Assembly (NCBI GenBank): GCA_965208125.1
Contig: OZ242320.1
Span: forward strand, 1,824,001 to 1,888,000
From: Candidatus Latescibacterota bacterium
GTDB taxonomy: Bacteria > Latescibacterota > UBA2968
Length of the DNA: 64,000 bases
Direction: 5' to 3'
This document shows, piece by piece, positions 8,580 to 19,000 of this stretch. Made by a program: the position numbers and the translations under genes. Position 1 is the first letter of the stretch; every line of letters starts with the position of its first letter. Under the pieces are notes generated by a model. It saw only the letters and a program-made list of their open reading frames with translations. It searched no databases and was not told the DNA's origin.

Positions 8580-9434
8580 TTATCTCCAATTCGTTTCGAA
8601 TATTTTGCATCCACCATTTCCAAGGCCCTCTATCGTTCCCACTTCTCTGAAAGATGCAGGTAGATCGCGTTTGTCCCCCTGGTCAGCCCCCCAGAACTTT
8701 GGACGCATAGCAGGCGACGCTCTTTGTATTGCACGGGGAAGCATTCCTTGTTTGAAGTCGTGCGTAGAGTCCCAAGACATAGAGAAGCCTCCGACTCTTA
8801 CAGCAAAAAAAATCTCAATTGGTATCTTATATTTCTGAAATATTTGCTCAAATATTAGTAGGTTTTCCGCTGCTACAAAAACTACGGGAAAAGACACTTG
8901 TTCTGAGTTGAAGCTAAGACGAAATAAAAAATAAACCAGATGCCAATCGTTATCAGGGACTGAATGAATTGATGACGACCAAGTTTCGTATGTTTTTTGG
9001 AAATTATTACGCTCATTATCTCCCCACAATTTCCATGGTATCATTTGATCGATAAATGCTTCACCATTTCCTACGAAATGCCGATAATCTCCATCCAAAT
9101 TACAATAAAATGGTGATCCTTCAACAAAATCGGCTGAACCTCTCCATACTCGTACGGGGCGATGATCAAGTTTTTGATACACATTTTTTAAACTATTAAG
9201 GTGATTGGGGTCATAATCGGACATAACCAAAATCGTATTCTGCAATTGTCTGGAAAGAAAATTCGGTACCTTACCAAGTGCTTTAGCAGCTATCATTGGA
9301 TATATATCCAGTCCAGATGAGGCATCCCAGACGATTTGATAGCGAGTGTTGATAGCTTCTGTCTTTATTTCATTCCATCTATCGCGGTCAGCACAGTTTA
9401 CAACGGTGATCTTCTCGAATAAATTTTTAATCAT
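8580..9434 (-). CDS. Hypothetical protein
   Basis: 284-aa ORF with RBS AAGGAG; no family recognised. Confidence 0.65.
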   Translation of the reverse strand: MIKNLFEKITVVNCADRDRWNEIKTEAINTRYQIVWDASSGLDIYPMIAAKALGKVPNFLSRQLQNTILVMSDYDPNHLNSLKNVYQKLDHRPVRVWRGSADFVEGSPFYCNLDGDYRHFVGNGEAFIDQMIPWKLWGDNERNNFQKTYETWSSSIHSVPDNDWHLVYFLFRLSFNSEQVSFPVVFVAAENLLIFEQIFQKYKIPIEIFFAVRVGGFSMSWDSTHDFKQGMLPRAIQRASPAMRPKFWGADQGDKRDLPASFREVGTIEGLGNGGCKIFETNWR

Positions 9435-9936
9435 TATATTCTCCTTTTTAGGTCGGGGTTATCCCCTGCCTAATGGTCAAGGGATGTTCTTGAGTTCCTC
9501 CGCGAGTTCCACAAGAGTATTCGGTACATTTTCATCTCCTCCAAGCACTTCTTCCCCTAGGTCGAAATTAGGATTTTTGAATAATTGAAGACCGATCAAA
9601 AAATGTCCGAACCATTAATAAATAAAATAGGCTACACCTATATCAATCAAGAACGTGATCTTTTCAACATTCGCATTATATAGTATGCCCCAACCCTCGC
9701 CAGCAGAACCCTGATCGCTTCCCTATACCCTCCCTAATAAAAACACCTGAATCCTGTCCTCGAAAGAAGCCCCCAACCCCACAAAACCTCTGTCGCTTCT
9801 CGATCATCTTACCGGTGGAAATTCCCAAATCCTTTTCTTATATGAAGCCCCCAACCCTTGCCAGCAAAACAAGAAGCACCAGCTACCCCACCCCATGCCG
9901 ATCTTACCCGTTGAGGGCAATCTTCGGCGAGAATTT

Positions 9937-10106
9937 ACGGTCACTGTCAAGAGGGGCAAGAACGTTCAAAACACAACAAAGTCCGGCGTCTTCGTGCTCC
10001 AAGCGGGGGCGCCATTTTTTTCGGTTCCCTTACGCCCCACCACCCCCCAACCCCAGGCTACGCCCAAAAAAAACGCCGCGGTGCTGCCACTCTTGACAGT
10101 GACCGT
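9937..10106 (+). promoter_or_regulatory. Long inverted repeat containing TTGACA (ssDNA/Frpo-like promoter candidate)
   Basis: acggtcactgtcaagaggggca (9937-9958) pairs 21/22 with tgccactcttgacagtgaccgt (10085-10106); TTGACA at 10093-10098. Confidence 0.6.
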
Positions 10107-10262
10107 GTGTAAAAAGTGTATTTAAAATCTGTCTGGAAAAGGCAGAACACCATAAAGGCAGATGGCTAATCCGTCAGTCGCCCTTCTTTGCTTTCCAATC
10201 GGGAAGTGAGGAAGGGCGTTTTCGTTGCTGGCGGATGGCTGTCATTTCACAGGAGGTTGGTT

Positions 10263-10505
10263 ATGCAGTCTGTCCGTTGTCTTACCGTTGGTCGTCGTTC
10301 TCGCCGGTGCTATATCGATCTTTCGACCCGTGATATGTACGGCAAGGTCGTTTATGACAAGATGAAGTCTGTTGATAATTCTTGTCCATTGCTCAGACTC
10401 TCTGGGCATTGGCTGGCTGAGGCTGGCTTTGAGATGGGCGATAAGGTGAAGGTTGAGGTCTCAAAAGGTCAGTTGGTTATCAAATTGAAAGGAGGATCGG
10501 CATGA
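10263..10505 (+). CDS. symE: SymE-family type I toxin (AbrB-like fold)
   Basis: RBS AGGAGG; CPLLRLSGHWLAEAGFEMGDKVKVEVSKGQLVI is the SymE consensus. Confidence 0.85.
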   Translation: MQSVRCLTVGRRSRRCYIDLSTRDMYGKVVYDKMKSVDNSCPLLRLSGHWLAEAGFEMGDKVKVEVSKGQLVIKLKGGSA

Positions 10506-10606
10506 TGTTGTTCTATTCAGGTGTTCATTGGGATTCTGGTGTTGAAAAAGTTAGTCAGCAAGCTGTACGCAATGGATCTATTACCCCGAATAAGGAGGTT
10601 GAAGAT

Positions 10607-10762
10607 ATGGCTGCTAAAAAGCGTGATAATGGCAAGTCCCCATTGTTTGTTGTGGGTGATAAAGAAGCGAAGTTTAGTATTGCCCATGCGATGGCAAAGG
10701 GCTATCGCATAACCCTGGATGGTGATGGGAATTTAGTATCTCAATTTAAGACCCAAAAATGA
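10607..10762 (+). CDS. Small hypothetical protein, possibly truncated
   Basis: Strong RBS TAAGGAGG before ATG 10607; overlaps the 3' end of the opposing gene. Confidence 0.4.
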   Translation: MAAKKRDNGKSPLFVVGDKEAKFSIAHAMAKGYRITLDGDGNLVSQFKTQK

Positions 10763-11419
10763 TCTTATTTTTTTAATAGATGACCGTAGCAATCTTTTTA
10801 ACTGGCCTTTGGAAGTTCGTCTTCTATTTCGCTCTTCCTCTGTTAGATAGCCAGGTCCCGGTTCATCGAACATAGTGGTACGACCGTATTCCCTTGTAAT
10901 CCAATGATTCATTGTGTACTTGTTGCCCAGGGAATCATAACATTGGGGACGAAATCTTGCTGGTTGATCGTTCTCCTCAACTCGTAGCATTTCTACAACT
11001 TCTGTTTCATTATACAGTATTTGCATACTGTCACCGTACCCGAATCGTCGTGGCAAGGTAGAGTCTGGTAATTCACCATCCTCGGATTCGGTTATGGGTG
11101 AAATGATAACAATGGGTGCATTTAACCAATTACTGTCTTCTGGGATTCCTAATTCGAGATCGAAAGAAGTAATTGTAACTTCAAAAAAGCTTTCATTTCT
11201 GATAGAAAAGCCGACGTAGCGAGTGCCATTGTTGAACTTAGTATATGGCGTTATTATTATTTTTGGTTCTGTATTTCGTTCTTCCGCCTCTTTTAATAAT
11301 TGGGCTTGCTTTTTTGTATTTCGTGCTTGAGAATAGGCAGAACACGCAATGATAATTGTCAGGATTATCATTATGAATTCGTCTAATTCTACGGTATCAA
11401 AGAGTTCTAAAAGTTCCAT
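10733..11419 (-). CDS. Hypothetical protein with N-terminal transmembrane helix
   Basis: FIMIILTIIIACSAY hydrophobic segment followed by a soluble domain. Confidence 0.7.
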   Translation of the reverse strand: MELLELFDTVELDEFIMIILTIIIACSAYSQARNTKKQAQLLKEAEERNTEPKIIITPYTKFNNGTRYVGFSIRNESFFEVTITSFDLELGIPEDSNWLNAPIVIISPITESEDGELPDSTLPRRFGYGDSMQILYNETEVVEMLRVEENDQPARFRPQCYDSLGNKYTMNHWITREYGRTTMFDEPGPGYLTEEERNRRRTSKGQLKRLLRSSIKKIRSFLGLKLRY

Positions 11420-11500
11420 ATTGTTATCCTTAGAAATGGCTCAATGAGGCTTGCCTATAAGGGCAACCTGAGACCGACATGTGCTTTCTCTTTCCGGTAC

Positions 11501-11782
11501 TCATACCACTGCCTCCATATAGGGCCGCATCACATTGGTCATCCGACAGACTTGTGCGAAATGATAGAGGTTATCCAGAGAGGCTTTCCGTTCTCGAATG
11601 CAGTCTCGCAGGCTCTCAATAGCCACATCCAGACCGATCTTGTTCCGGTATTTAAAGCAGTCCGCCACGGTCTTGGCCGGATTGTATATCCGCACCTGGA
11701 TATGTTCAATGGTATGTGTTTCAATGCCCTCATCAAAGGCAGGCCCTGAAAAACGAGCAAACCGAATCTGCAGCCCATCCAC
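11501..11782 (-). pseudogene. AbiEi-family (type IV TA) antitoxin, C-terminal fragment
   Basis: IYNPAKTVADCFKYRNKIGLDVAIESLR...MRPYMEAV; the N-terminal HTH is absent and no intact AbiEii follows. Confidence 0.8.
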
Positions 11783-12070
11783 AGCCTTCCTGATGTTACA
11801 AATTGTCGATATTTATATATATACGTTTTCAGGCAAAAGTGCCATACTTTAAAACAAATAACTGTCGCGGAAAGTACTGTGACCTACAAGTCTTTTCTGA
11901 TGGGTAGTCCATTGACAAAACACCCTGAATTGGATATGATATTTTCATCACCACACGAATAAAATATCTTGAAAATTTTTGTGACTATTAAAAGCCCTGG
12001 CGGACAAATTTTCTTCAAGGGAGTTTGATGGCAACCGTCGGAGCTTTTTTTATAAAAAGAGGACTGTGTT

Positions 12071-13150
12071 TTGCTCGGGAAATTTACCAAACTTAATCTA
12101 TTCATATGCAGGTGGCGGAGGTCAAAAAATTCGCTGCTCAACGACAAAGTGCTTATCGAAGAAGCTCTCGGGGATTCGAATAGGCAGACATTTTGGTGTC
12201 GATCAAATCGCTTATTGATCTACCAGCTATCGGAGGCTGACGTAAAGCTCCTAAACGAAGTAATTGAGCAGACGACGCCTAAGTTAAAACCTTCCCAAAT
12301 CTATGCCATACCAGCTTCAAAGATCACCGAATGGTTCTGCGTGTTCGACATTGAACAAGCGAAATGTCACATAATCTACGTCCATTACGTGGACTATCGA
12401 TCCAGACAGACAAACATTAGAGAGGTGGTAAGATTCTCAAAGGAGTGTCATTCGCCGTGTCGAGCGGAAAAGCTTAGGCTTACTACGCCCTCGTACTATT
12501 GGGATCAAGAGAACCTACGGTCAGGAATCGCGGATCCCGATGAAAACACGCTGAGAAAGGATACCACACCTTTGATACGCGATCTTGCTCGTATTCCATA
12601 TGGCAGCAGCTTTAAATCAAAAGCTGTATTCTCGTCCTCCACCGAACCCTGGTTGTACTGCACATCCCATTTCCCTCTTCTTAGTATGTATAGGAAGCTC
12701 AAAATCAGGGTCTCAGATGAATATGATTACGATGCCGCGACGAAGATTGAAGATGTTAATGCTTTCGCGATGTGGTTGGGGATTGACTATGCGTTGCAGA
12801 TCGACAAAGGCAAATACCAGAATCTGGACGGTCTCAATCCGTGGGCTTCCTTGGCAATTAACGTCTCTCCGGACTTGAAACAACTGGGAGACTTAGAAAA
12901 AAACATCGACACAGTCGTACATGTTTATCACGGCCCCGTTCACTACGAGGATGAAGCGGGCATTATTGCCACAAATGACGATTTGGTGGATATCTACGTT
13001 CCCGAGAGAGCTTGTTTTACAAAGCGGACGGAATTCGAGGATCAAAGCGAATACCGCTTCGCGATATCGACGCCCGAAACTCCGGAAGACAAGTTTCTTT
13101 GGTTGGATGTATCTGAGGAACTTCAGCAACTCACGTCCCCAATGTGGTAG
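12071..13150 (+). CDS. Hypothetical protein (start uncertain)
   Basis: Long ORF with HGPVHY...FTKRTEFEDQSEYRF tail, a K..F..Q.E.R pattern seen in DUF2971/ART-like proteins (low confidence). Confidence 0.6.
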   Translation: MLGKFTKLNLFICRWRRSKNSLLNDKVLIEEALGDSNRQTFWCRSNRLLIYQLSEADVKLLNEVIEQTTPKLKPSQIYAIPASKITEWFCVFDIEQAKCHIIYVHYVDYRSRQTNIREVVRFSKECHSPCRAEKLRLTTPSYYWDQENLRSGIADPDENTLRKDTTPLIRDLARIPYGSSFKSKAVFSSSTEPWLYCTSHFPLLSMYRKLKIRVSDEYDYDAATKIEDVNAFAMWLGIDYALQIDKGKYQNLDGLNPWASLAINVSPDLKQLGDLEKNIDTVVHVYHGPVHYEDEAGIIATNDDLVDIYVPERACFTKRTEFEDQSEYRFAISTPETPEDKFLWLDVSEELQQLTSPMW

Positions 13151-13430
13151 GAACCTGCGTGGAAAACCTACGAGATGATAAAAAATAAGGGCTTCTTAAA
13201 GAGATTGATTAGATTTGCCTTTCCCCGATGTTTTCTGTATCCCTGCTCCACCGCCTATCCCTATCTGCCTTGCCTGGCGATGCAATTGACTTTTTTCTTT
13301 TCCTGCGGTACTTTCCTGAGTGAACTGGCTGGGCAATGCATCCACGATGCCGGGCACATCGGGCTGATTGCATTCGCGCCGTTATTGAAATATTATTCAT
13401 CGTGCATCGTTAAATTGGAGTCTATGCGAT

Positions 13431-13676
13431 ATGGAAAATGGAAATTATCGAGGCAGGATTGCGGTTGATCCCCAAATTCATTTTGGTAAGCCTTGTGTTG
13501 CTGGAACACGGATCCCCATGGTCGATGTTCTCGAATTGGTGCGTGAGGGAATCTCGTTTAAGACGATCCTCTCTGATTATTTTCCCGACCTCCAAGAAGA
13601 CGACATTCGCGCGTGCATCCATTATGCGATAGACGTAGTGCAGATCGAAGATATTCATATTTCAGAGGTGAGATAG
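13431..13676 (+). CDS. DUF433 family antitoxin-like protein
   Basis: DPQIHFGKPCVAGTRIP...FPDLQEDDIRACIHYA. Confidence 0.9.
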   Translation: MENGNYRGRIAVDPQIHFGKPCVAGTRIPMVDVLELVREGISFKTILSDYFPDLQEDDIRACIHYAIDVVQIEDIHISEVR

Positions 13677-13719
13677 GTAATAGATGTCACTCGCCAGCCA
13701 TTTATCATTATGTTAACGC

Positions 13720-14001
13720 ATGATCAAGAGTTTTGCAGACAAGCGCACCGCAGCTATCTTTGCGGGCCATACTGTTCGCGGCCTGCCTCTGCAACTCCAG
13801 CAACGAGCGCGGGCGAAGCTTCTGGCAATTGATGCTGCTAATCGGCTCAACGACCTGCTTACTCCACCTGGCAATCGTCTCGAGGCTTTGCGAGCTGATC
13901 GTAGAGGGCAATACAGTATTCGCATCAATAACCGATGGCGTATCTGCTTCGTTTGGCGCGATGGTGAATCGTGGGAAGTCGAGATCGTTGATTATCATTG
14001 A
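13720..14001 (+). CDS. higB: HigB (RelE/ParE family) toxin
   Basis: MIKSFADK...PPGNRLEAL...GQYSIRINNRWRICF...VEIVDYH. Confidence 0.93.
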   Translation: MIKSFADKRTAAIFAGHTVRGLPLQLQQRARAKLLAIDAANRLNDLLTPPGNRLEALRADRRGQYSIRINNRWRICFVWRDGESWEVEIVDYH

Positions 14002-14012
14002 GGAGATAAAAG

Positions 14013-14372
14013 ATGACCATTAAACGCGAAGAACTGGACCGGCGAAAGGTTGACTTCTCAGAAGTCACAACCGGACAGCTACTGTCTCCGGTACATCCTG
14101 GCGAGATCCTGCGCGATGAGTTCCTTATTCCGATGAATCTCAGTGTGGCTCGCCTTGCTCAAGGGATCAAGGTTTCGGAAAAGGACTTAGACGCTATCGT
14201 GCGTGGAATTAATGGAATTACAATCGATACCGCGCTACGCCTTGGTCACTACTTTGGCATGACGCCTGAGTTCTGGATCAATCTTCAGACCCGCTACGAT
14301 CTCGATGTCGCCGAGCACACGGTACGTCGCCAAATTGAGCGGGAGATAGAACCGCTGATTGCATCTCCGTAG
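14013..14372 (+). CDS. higA: HigA antitoxin
   Basis: PVHPGEILRDEFL...DTALRLGHYFGMTPEFWINLQ, directly after higB. Confidence 0.93.
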   Translation: MTIKREELDRRKVDFSEVTTGQLLSPVHPGEILRDEFLIPMNLSVARLAQGIKVSEKDLDAIVRGINGITIDTALRLGHYFGMTPEFWINLQTRYDLDVAEHTVRRQIEREIEPLIASP

Positions 14373-14733
14373 CAGGACAGGCTGGCACAACATAATGTGC
14401 AAAGTTGATCCGCACAGGCACCGTAATGATTCTATACGGCATCAAGGGGGTCTCTGTATTGCTGAACTTGAAAGCTGGTCTGTAGTTGCTCCCCTTTCAT
14501 CTGCGTAAAACACTCAAATGAACTGGCTATTGCCAGTTGTACCCCACTCATTCGCGTTTTTTCTGTGGTTGCTTTCCCCTAAAGTTAAAAGCAACCTCCC
14601 CCATCCGATTGACGACGTGCTAAACAGATTACGGGTCGTATGCTGCGCGTCAAATGTTGACAGACATCCAAAAGGGGCTATATTTCCCATGTGCTGGGAA
14701 GTTGTGGAATAAGCAAGTATCGGAGAATCGAAA

Positions 14734-15177
14734 ATGAATACGCAAAATATAGAAACCATTGAAGGTACCGAACCATGTCTAATTGATGAGAAACAGGCGA
14801 AAGAATTGATCGAGGCAAATACCCAAGAGATGGAAGACCTGGAAGGCCTGCTAACTTCCTCTCAACTTGTCGCCCTCGCTGGCCTCAATCACCACCAGGT
14901 TGTTCACGACTGGCTGAAGAAAGGGCATATAGTCGGATGGAAAAATGCCAGGCACGATTATGTCTTTCCTGCTGGACAATTCGACAAACACGGACAGCCT
15001 ATCAAAAGGCTTGATCGTATTACCCAGCTATTCGATGACGCCTATGAAATGTGGTATTGGCTTACAGCACCAAACGACGCGCTTGATGGAGCGGAACCAC
15101 TTGCCCTTCTTCACAAGGGAGAAGTCGCTCGTGTTAAGGCTGCCGCCAAAGGATACCTCCAGGGTGACTTTGGGTGA
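14734..15177 (+). CDS. Xre/MbcA/ParS-type antitoxin
   Basis: FPAGQF...WLTAPNDALDGAEPLALL C-terminal motif; overlaps the RES gene. Confidence 0.8.
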   Translation: MNTQNIETIEGTEPCLIDEKQAKELIEANTQEMEDLEGLLTSSQLVALAGLNHHQVVHDWLKKGHIVGWKNARHDYVFPAGQFDKHGQPIKRLDRITQLFDDAYEMWYWLTAPNDALDGAEPLALLHKGEVARVKAAAKGYLQGDFG

Positions 15178-15480
15178 TGGCCAGCTATGTCGATCTTATA
15201 GGGCGTATTGAAGCACAGATTCGCACGTTCCGGATTGCGTTGATGTTCCGTATCATTAACCAACGCCACGCCGCCACACCGCTTAATGCTATTCCTGCGC
15301 CGAGCAGATTCAGCGATCCGGCCGGGAATTATGCCGTGCTGTACGGTGCCGCATTGGTGCTGCGCCATTTTTGATCGGGCGTTCGATAAATTGGATACGC
15401 TGGCAGTCAGTCCATTGACTCAACACGCCGATCTTTGGAACGCTCTGAACGACTATGACATCACATTGGCAAGACCATAA
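15174..15480 (+). pseudogene. RES-domain toxin with large internal deletion/frameshift
   Basis: N-terminal PSRFSDPAGNYAVLYGA jumps near 15352 into another frame carrying the C-terminal CAIFDRA...; the catalytic middle is missing. Confidence 0.75.
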
Positions 15481-15873
15481 ACCTGGCGTATCATGATGGA
15501 GCCAGATATTTTCAAACAATACAAAAGCCCGTTGATCATTATTGATCGACGGGCTTTCTTTTCTCTTTTCATTGACGCCAGCGCACCACAGGCATATAAG
15601 ATATTTTGGGATGCATTGGCTGAATAAATACAATAACGCGCGGTACCTACGTCAATTTCTCTTGGAACTGGCGATAAATTATGATGTCGCCATTATTGTC
15701 ACCCAAAAGCGAAAGTGAATCAGCCATGCTGGGACAAGTGTTGACAGATATCCGAAGAACGCTTTTTATAAAAACTTCTGAGAATATTCACTTGAAACCC
15801 GTGAGAATTAAAACCGGTTTCGGGTGGAAGGGATTTAACGAAATATTAAACGCCAATGGTAAGGAAAAAACTA

Positions 15874-18861
15874 ATGCGTAAACGGATTCTGGTCATCCTG
15901 TCAACATTCACGCTTTTGGTACACCCGCTGACTCTTTTGGCACAAAATAGCTTCTCTCTTTCGCTGGATGTAAATAGTACTACGGGCGATCAAGCTGCCA
16001 CGTCTATTAATGTGTCCGCAGATGGGGTTGTGACCATACAGATCTTTGGCAAAGATATTCAGAATGCGAATGGACTCGCTGTGCGTTTTGAATACAATGC
16101 CACACAGATTGTTTACGAAGGATTTGAGACAGGTGATGTGTTGCCCAATGCACAAACACTCACAGAACAGGGTACAAATCCGACTTTTGTGGAGATTAGC
16201 ATTGTGTCTTTTGGTGGTCAAGCCACGGTCAACAACGGTCTTGTGGGCACGATTCGTTTTCGCACGTTGGCTGCGTTTTCGGGCACTTCGATTCGGTTGG
16301 TGCGTGCTGATCTTGGCCGGGGTGGGCAAATTGAAAGCGCGACCTTGAATTTGCGCGTTGCGTTACGGTTACAACTTACATCGGACTTTAATGGCGATGG
16401 TCGAGTTGGCTTTGCCGACTTTTTGGCGTTTGCAGATCAGTTCGGGTCACGTAGGGGCGATGGGACGTATGAAGCCAGATATGATCTGGACAGCAACGGC
16501 GTAATTGGATTCTCCGATTTTCTGATCTTTGGTAATAGCTTTGGCAAAGAGGTATCTTCCCCTACCAGCGGTGGCGATGCGATGCAGGTTGTTATTCCAG
16601 ATGGGAATCTGCGCGCTGTTATTGAGGATAGCCTCGGTAAGGTGCGCGGTACACCGATCACCAGAGCAGAGATGGCGACCTTGACGAGACTTGAGGTGCC
16701 GAACAAGAATATTAGCGATTTGACCGGCCTTGAGTTTGCAACTGGGCTGACGAGACTTGATCTTGGTGAAGAGGTGGTGAATGGGTTGGGCAACAACAGC
16801 AATGAAATATCCAACCTCTCGTCTCTTTCAGGCTTGAACAACCTGACATATCTAAATCTTCGCAGGAACGAGATATCAGATGTATCCACACTCTCTAACT
16901 TAACCAACCTGACATATTTGAATCTTTCTTTGAACAAGATATCAGATGTATCCGCACTATCTAACTTAACCAATCTGACATATCTGAGTTTTTCTTTTAA
17001 CGAGATTTCAGATGTGTCCGTGGTATCTAACTTAACCAACCTGACAACGCTGGCTTTTGGCAGCAACGAGATTTCAGATTCAGATGTGTCCGTGGTATCT
17101 AACTTAACCAACCTGACAACGCTGTGGCTTTACAGCAACAATATCTCGGATATATCCGCACTATCTAACTTGACTAACCTGACAACGCTGTATCTTTACG
17201 ACAACAATATCTCGGATATCTCGCCACTACCAGGATTGACTAAACTGGATTCGCTGTGGCTTGGCAACAACAGCATCTCGGATATATCGCCCCTATCAGA
17301 ATTGACTAATCTGGAATCGCTGGATCTTTCCAACAACAGCATCTCGGATGTATCCGCGCTATCTAACTTAACCAATCTGACAACGCTGTGGCTTTATGAC
17401 AACAATATCTCGGATGTATCGCCCCTGTCAGGATTGGCTAACCTGGAATTGCTGGATCTTGACGATAATAGCATCTCGAATATCTCGCCCCTGTCAGAAT
17501 TGACTAACTTGAAAAGACTGTATCTTGACAACAACAGCATCTCAGATATTGCGCCATTGGTCGCAAACATGGGATTGAGTGAAGGAGATAATGTTAATGT
17601 GAAGGGCAACCCGCTAAGTGACACATCGCTCGACACGCACATTCCAGCCCTTCAGGGCAGAGAGATTGAGATTTCTTTTGATCCACTGCGAGTAAGTGAC
17701 TTTTCATTGCCAGTAGGCATCCCAGATGCGAACCTGCGTGCTGTCATTGAAGATAGTCTCGACAAGGCGAGCGGTGCGCCTATCACCAGGGGTGAGATGG
17801 TAACCATAACTCGCCTTGTGGCACGGAATGCGAACATTAGTGACTTGACTGGCCTTGAGTTTGCGACCAGTCTGGAATGGTTATCTCTTTCCTCTAACAG
17901 CATCTCGGATGTGTCTGCACTGTCCGGCTTGACCAATCTGCGAATTCTGAGTCTTTCCAGCAACAGCATCTCGGATGTGTCTGCACTGTCCAGCTTGACC
18001 AGTCTGGAATGGTTATCTCTTTCCTCTAACAGCATCTCGGATGTGTCTGTACTGTCCGGCTTGACGAGCTTGGAATCGCTTTATCTTTACAACAACTTCA
18101 TTTCAGATGTGTCTGCGCTATCAGGCTTGACCAGTCTGAGAACGCTGGATCTTGACTACAATGCGATCTTAGATGTGTCTGCGCTATCAGGCTTGACCAG
18201 TCTGGAATGGCTGGATCTTGCAAACAACTTCATTTCGGATGTGTCTGCGCTATCAGACTTGACCAGTCTGGAATGGTTATCTCTTTCCTCTAACAGCATC
18301 TCGGATGTGTCTGCACTGTCCGGCTTGACCAGTCTGAGAACGCTGGATCTTCAGTCTAACACCGTCTCAGACCTCTCGCCTCTCTCAGGTCTGCCTAACC
18401 TGAGAGAGATTTGGCTTGCTGGAAACACCTTCTCGGATATCACACCCCTGTCAGGCTTAACCAACTTGACAGTGCTAGATCTTCAGAGCCTCGGTATCTC
18501 GGACATCTCTCTACTGTCAGGATTGACTAACCTGGAAACGTTGCATCTTAACAACAACAGCATCTCGGACATCATCCCATTGGCAGGCTTAACCAATCTG
18601 GAAAAGTTGACACTTCGCAACAATGCCATCTCGAACATTGGCCCCCTGGTCGCAAATACGGGATTGGGTAGTGGCGATGAGGTTGACTTGAGGAACAACC
18701 CATTGAGTGCCGATTCAATCAACCGATACATTCCATTTCTTCAGAGCAGAGGAATCACGGTAATATTTAGCGCGTCGAAATCCGCGGTGGTGAAGGAAGA
18801 ACGGGACATAACCCCTGTGGTAGAGGAATGGAAAACAGACGACTATATTTACCACAGATGA
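15874..18861 (+). CDS. Secreted cohesin + EF-hand/dockerin-like + internalin-like LRR protein
   Basis: Signal peptide; cohesin-like Ig domain; DFNGDGRVGFADF and DLDSNGVIGFSDF; two blocks of 22-aa LxxLxLxxNxISDxSxLS repeats. Confidence 0.9.
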   Translation: MRKRILVILSTFTLLVHPLTLLAQNSFSLSLDVNSTTGDQAATSINVSADGVVTIQIFGKDIQNANGLAVRFEYNATQIVYEGFETGDVLPNAQTLTEQGTNPTFVEISIVSFGGQATVNNGLVGTIRFRTLAAFSGTSIRLVRADLGRGGQIESATLNLRVALRLQLTSDFNGDGRVGFADFLAFADQFGSRRGDGTYEARYDLDSNGVIGFSDFLIFGNSFGKEVSSPTSGGDAMQVVIPDGNLRAVIEDSLGKVRGTPITRAEMATLTRLEVPNKNISDLTGLEFATGLTRLDLGEEVVNGLGNNSNEISNLSSLSGLNNLTYLNLRRNEISDVSTLSNLTNLTYLNLSLNKISDVSALSNLTNLTYLSFSFNEISDVSVVSNLTNLTTLAFGSNEISDSDVSVVSNLTNLTTLWLYSNNISDISALSNLTNLTTLYLYDNNISDISPLPGLTKLDSLWLGNNSISDISPLSELTNLESLDLSNNSISDVSALSNLTNLTTLWLYDNNISDVSPLSGLANLELLDLDDNSISNISPLSELTNLKRLYLDNNSISDIAPLVANMGLSEGDNVNVKGNPLSDTSLDTHIPALQGREIEISFDPLRVSDFSLPVGIPDANLRAVIEDSLDKASGAPITRGEMVTITRLVARNANISDLTGLEFATSLEWLSLSSNSISDVSALSGLTNLRILSLSSNSISDVSALSSLTSLEWLSLSSNSISDVSVLSGLTSLESLYLYNNFISDVSALSGLTSLRTLDLDYNAILDVSALSGLTSLEWLDLANNFISDVSALSDLTSLEWLSLSSNSISDVSALSGLTSLRTLDLQSNTVSDLSPLSGLPNLREIWLAGNTFSDITPLSGLTNLTVLDLQSLGISDISLLSGLTNLETLHLNNNSISDIIPLAGLTNLEKLTLRNNAISNIGPLVANTGLGSGDEVDLRNNPLSADSINRYIPFLQSRGITVIFSASKSAVVKEERDITPVVEEWKTDDYIYHR

Positions 18862-19000
18862 ATGATCAAGGTGAAGGACGTGATCAACCAAAAAGCGAGT
18901 CTCTCCACCAAAGCAGAGATGTGGTAAAGCTATAGTCCTTTTAGGAAGGAACCGAGGGCTGCTCACTCTCCACTGTGATCTCCCCTAGGAGGTAGCTATT

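Noticed and set aside
9477-9676. Short minus-strand gene remnant ending ...ELAEELKNIP
   Set aside because: Interrupted by a stop and no family recognised; too weak to call.
16790-18640. 66-bp periodic repeats as CRISPR or a non-coding array
   Set aside because: They are in-frame LRR coding repeats.
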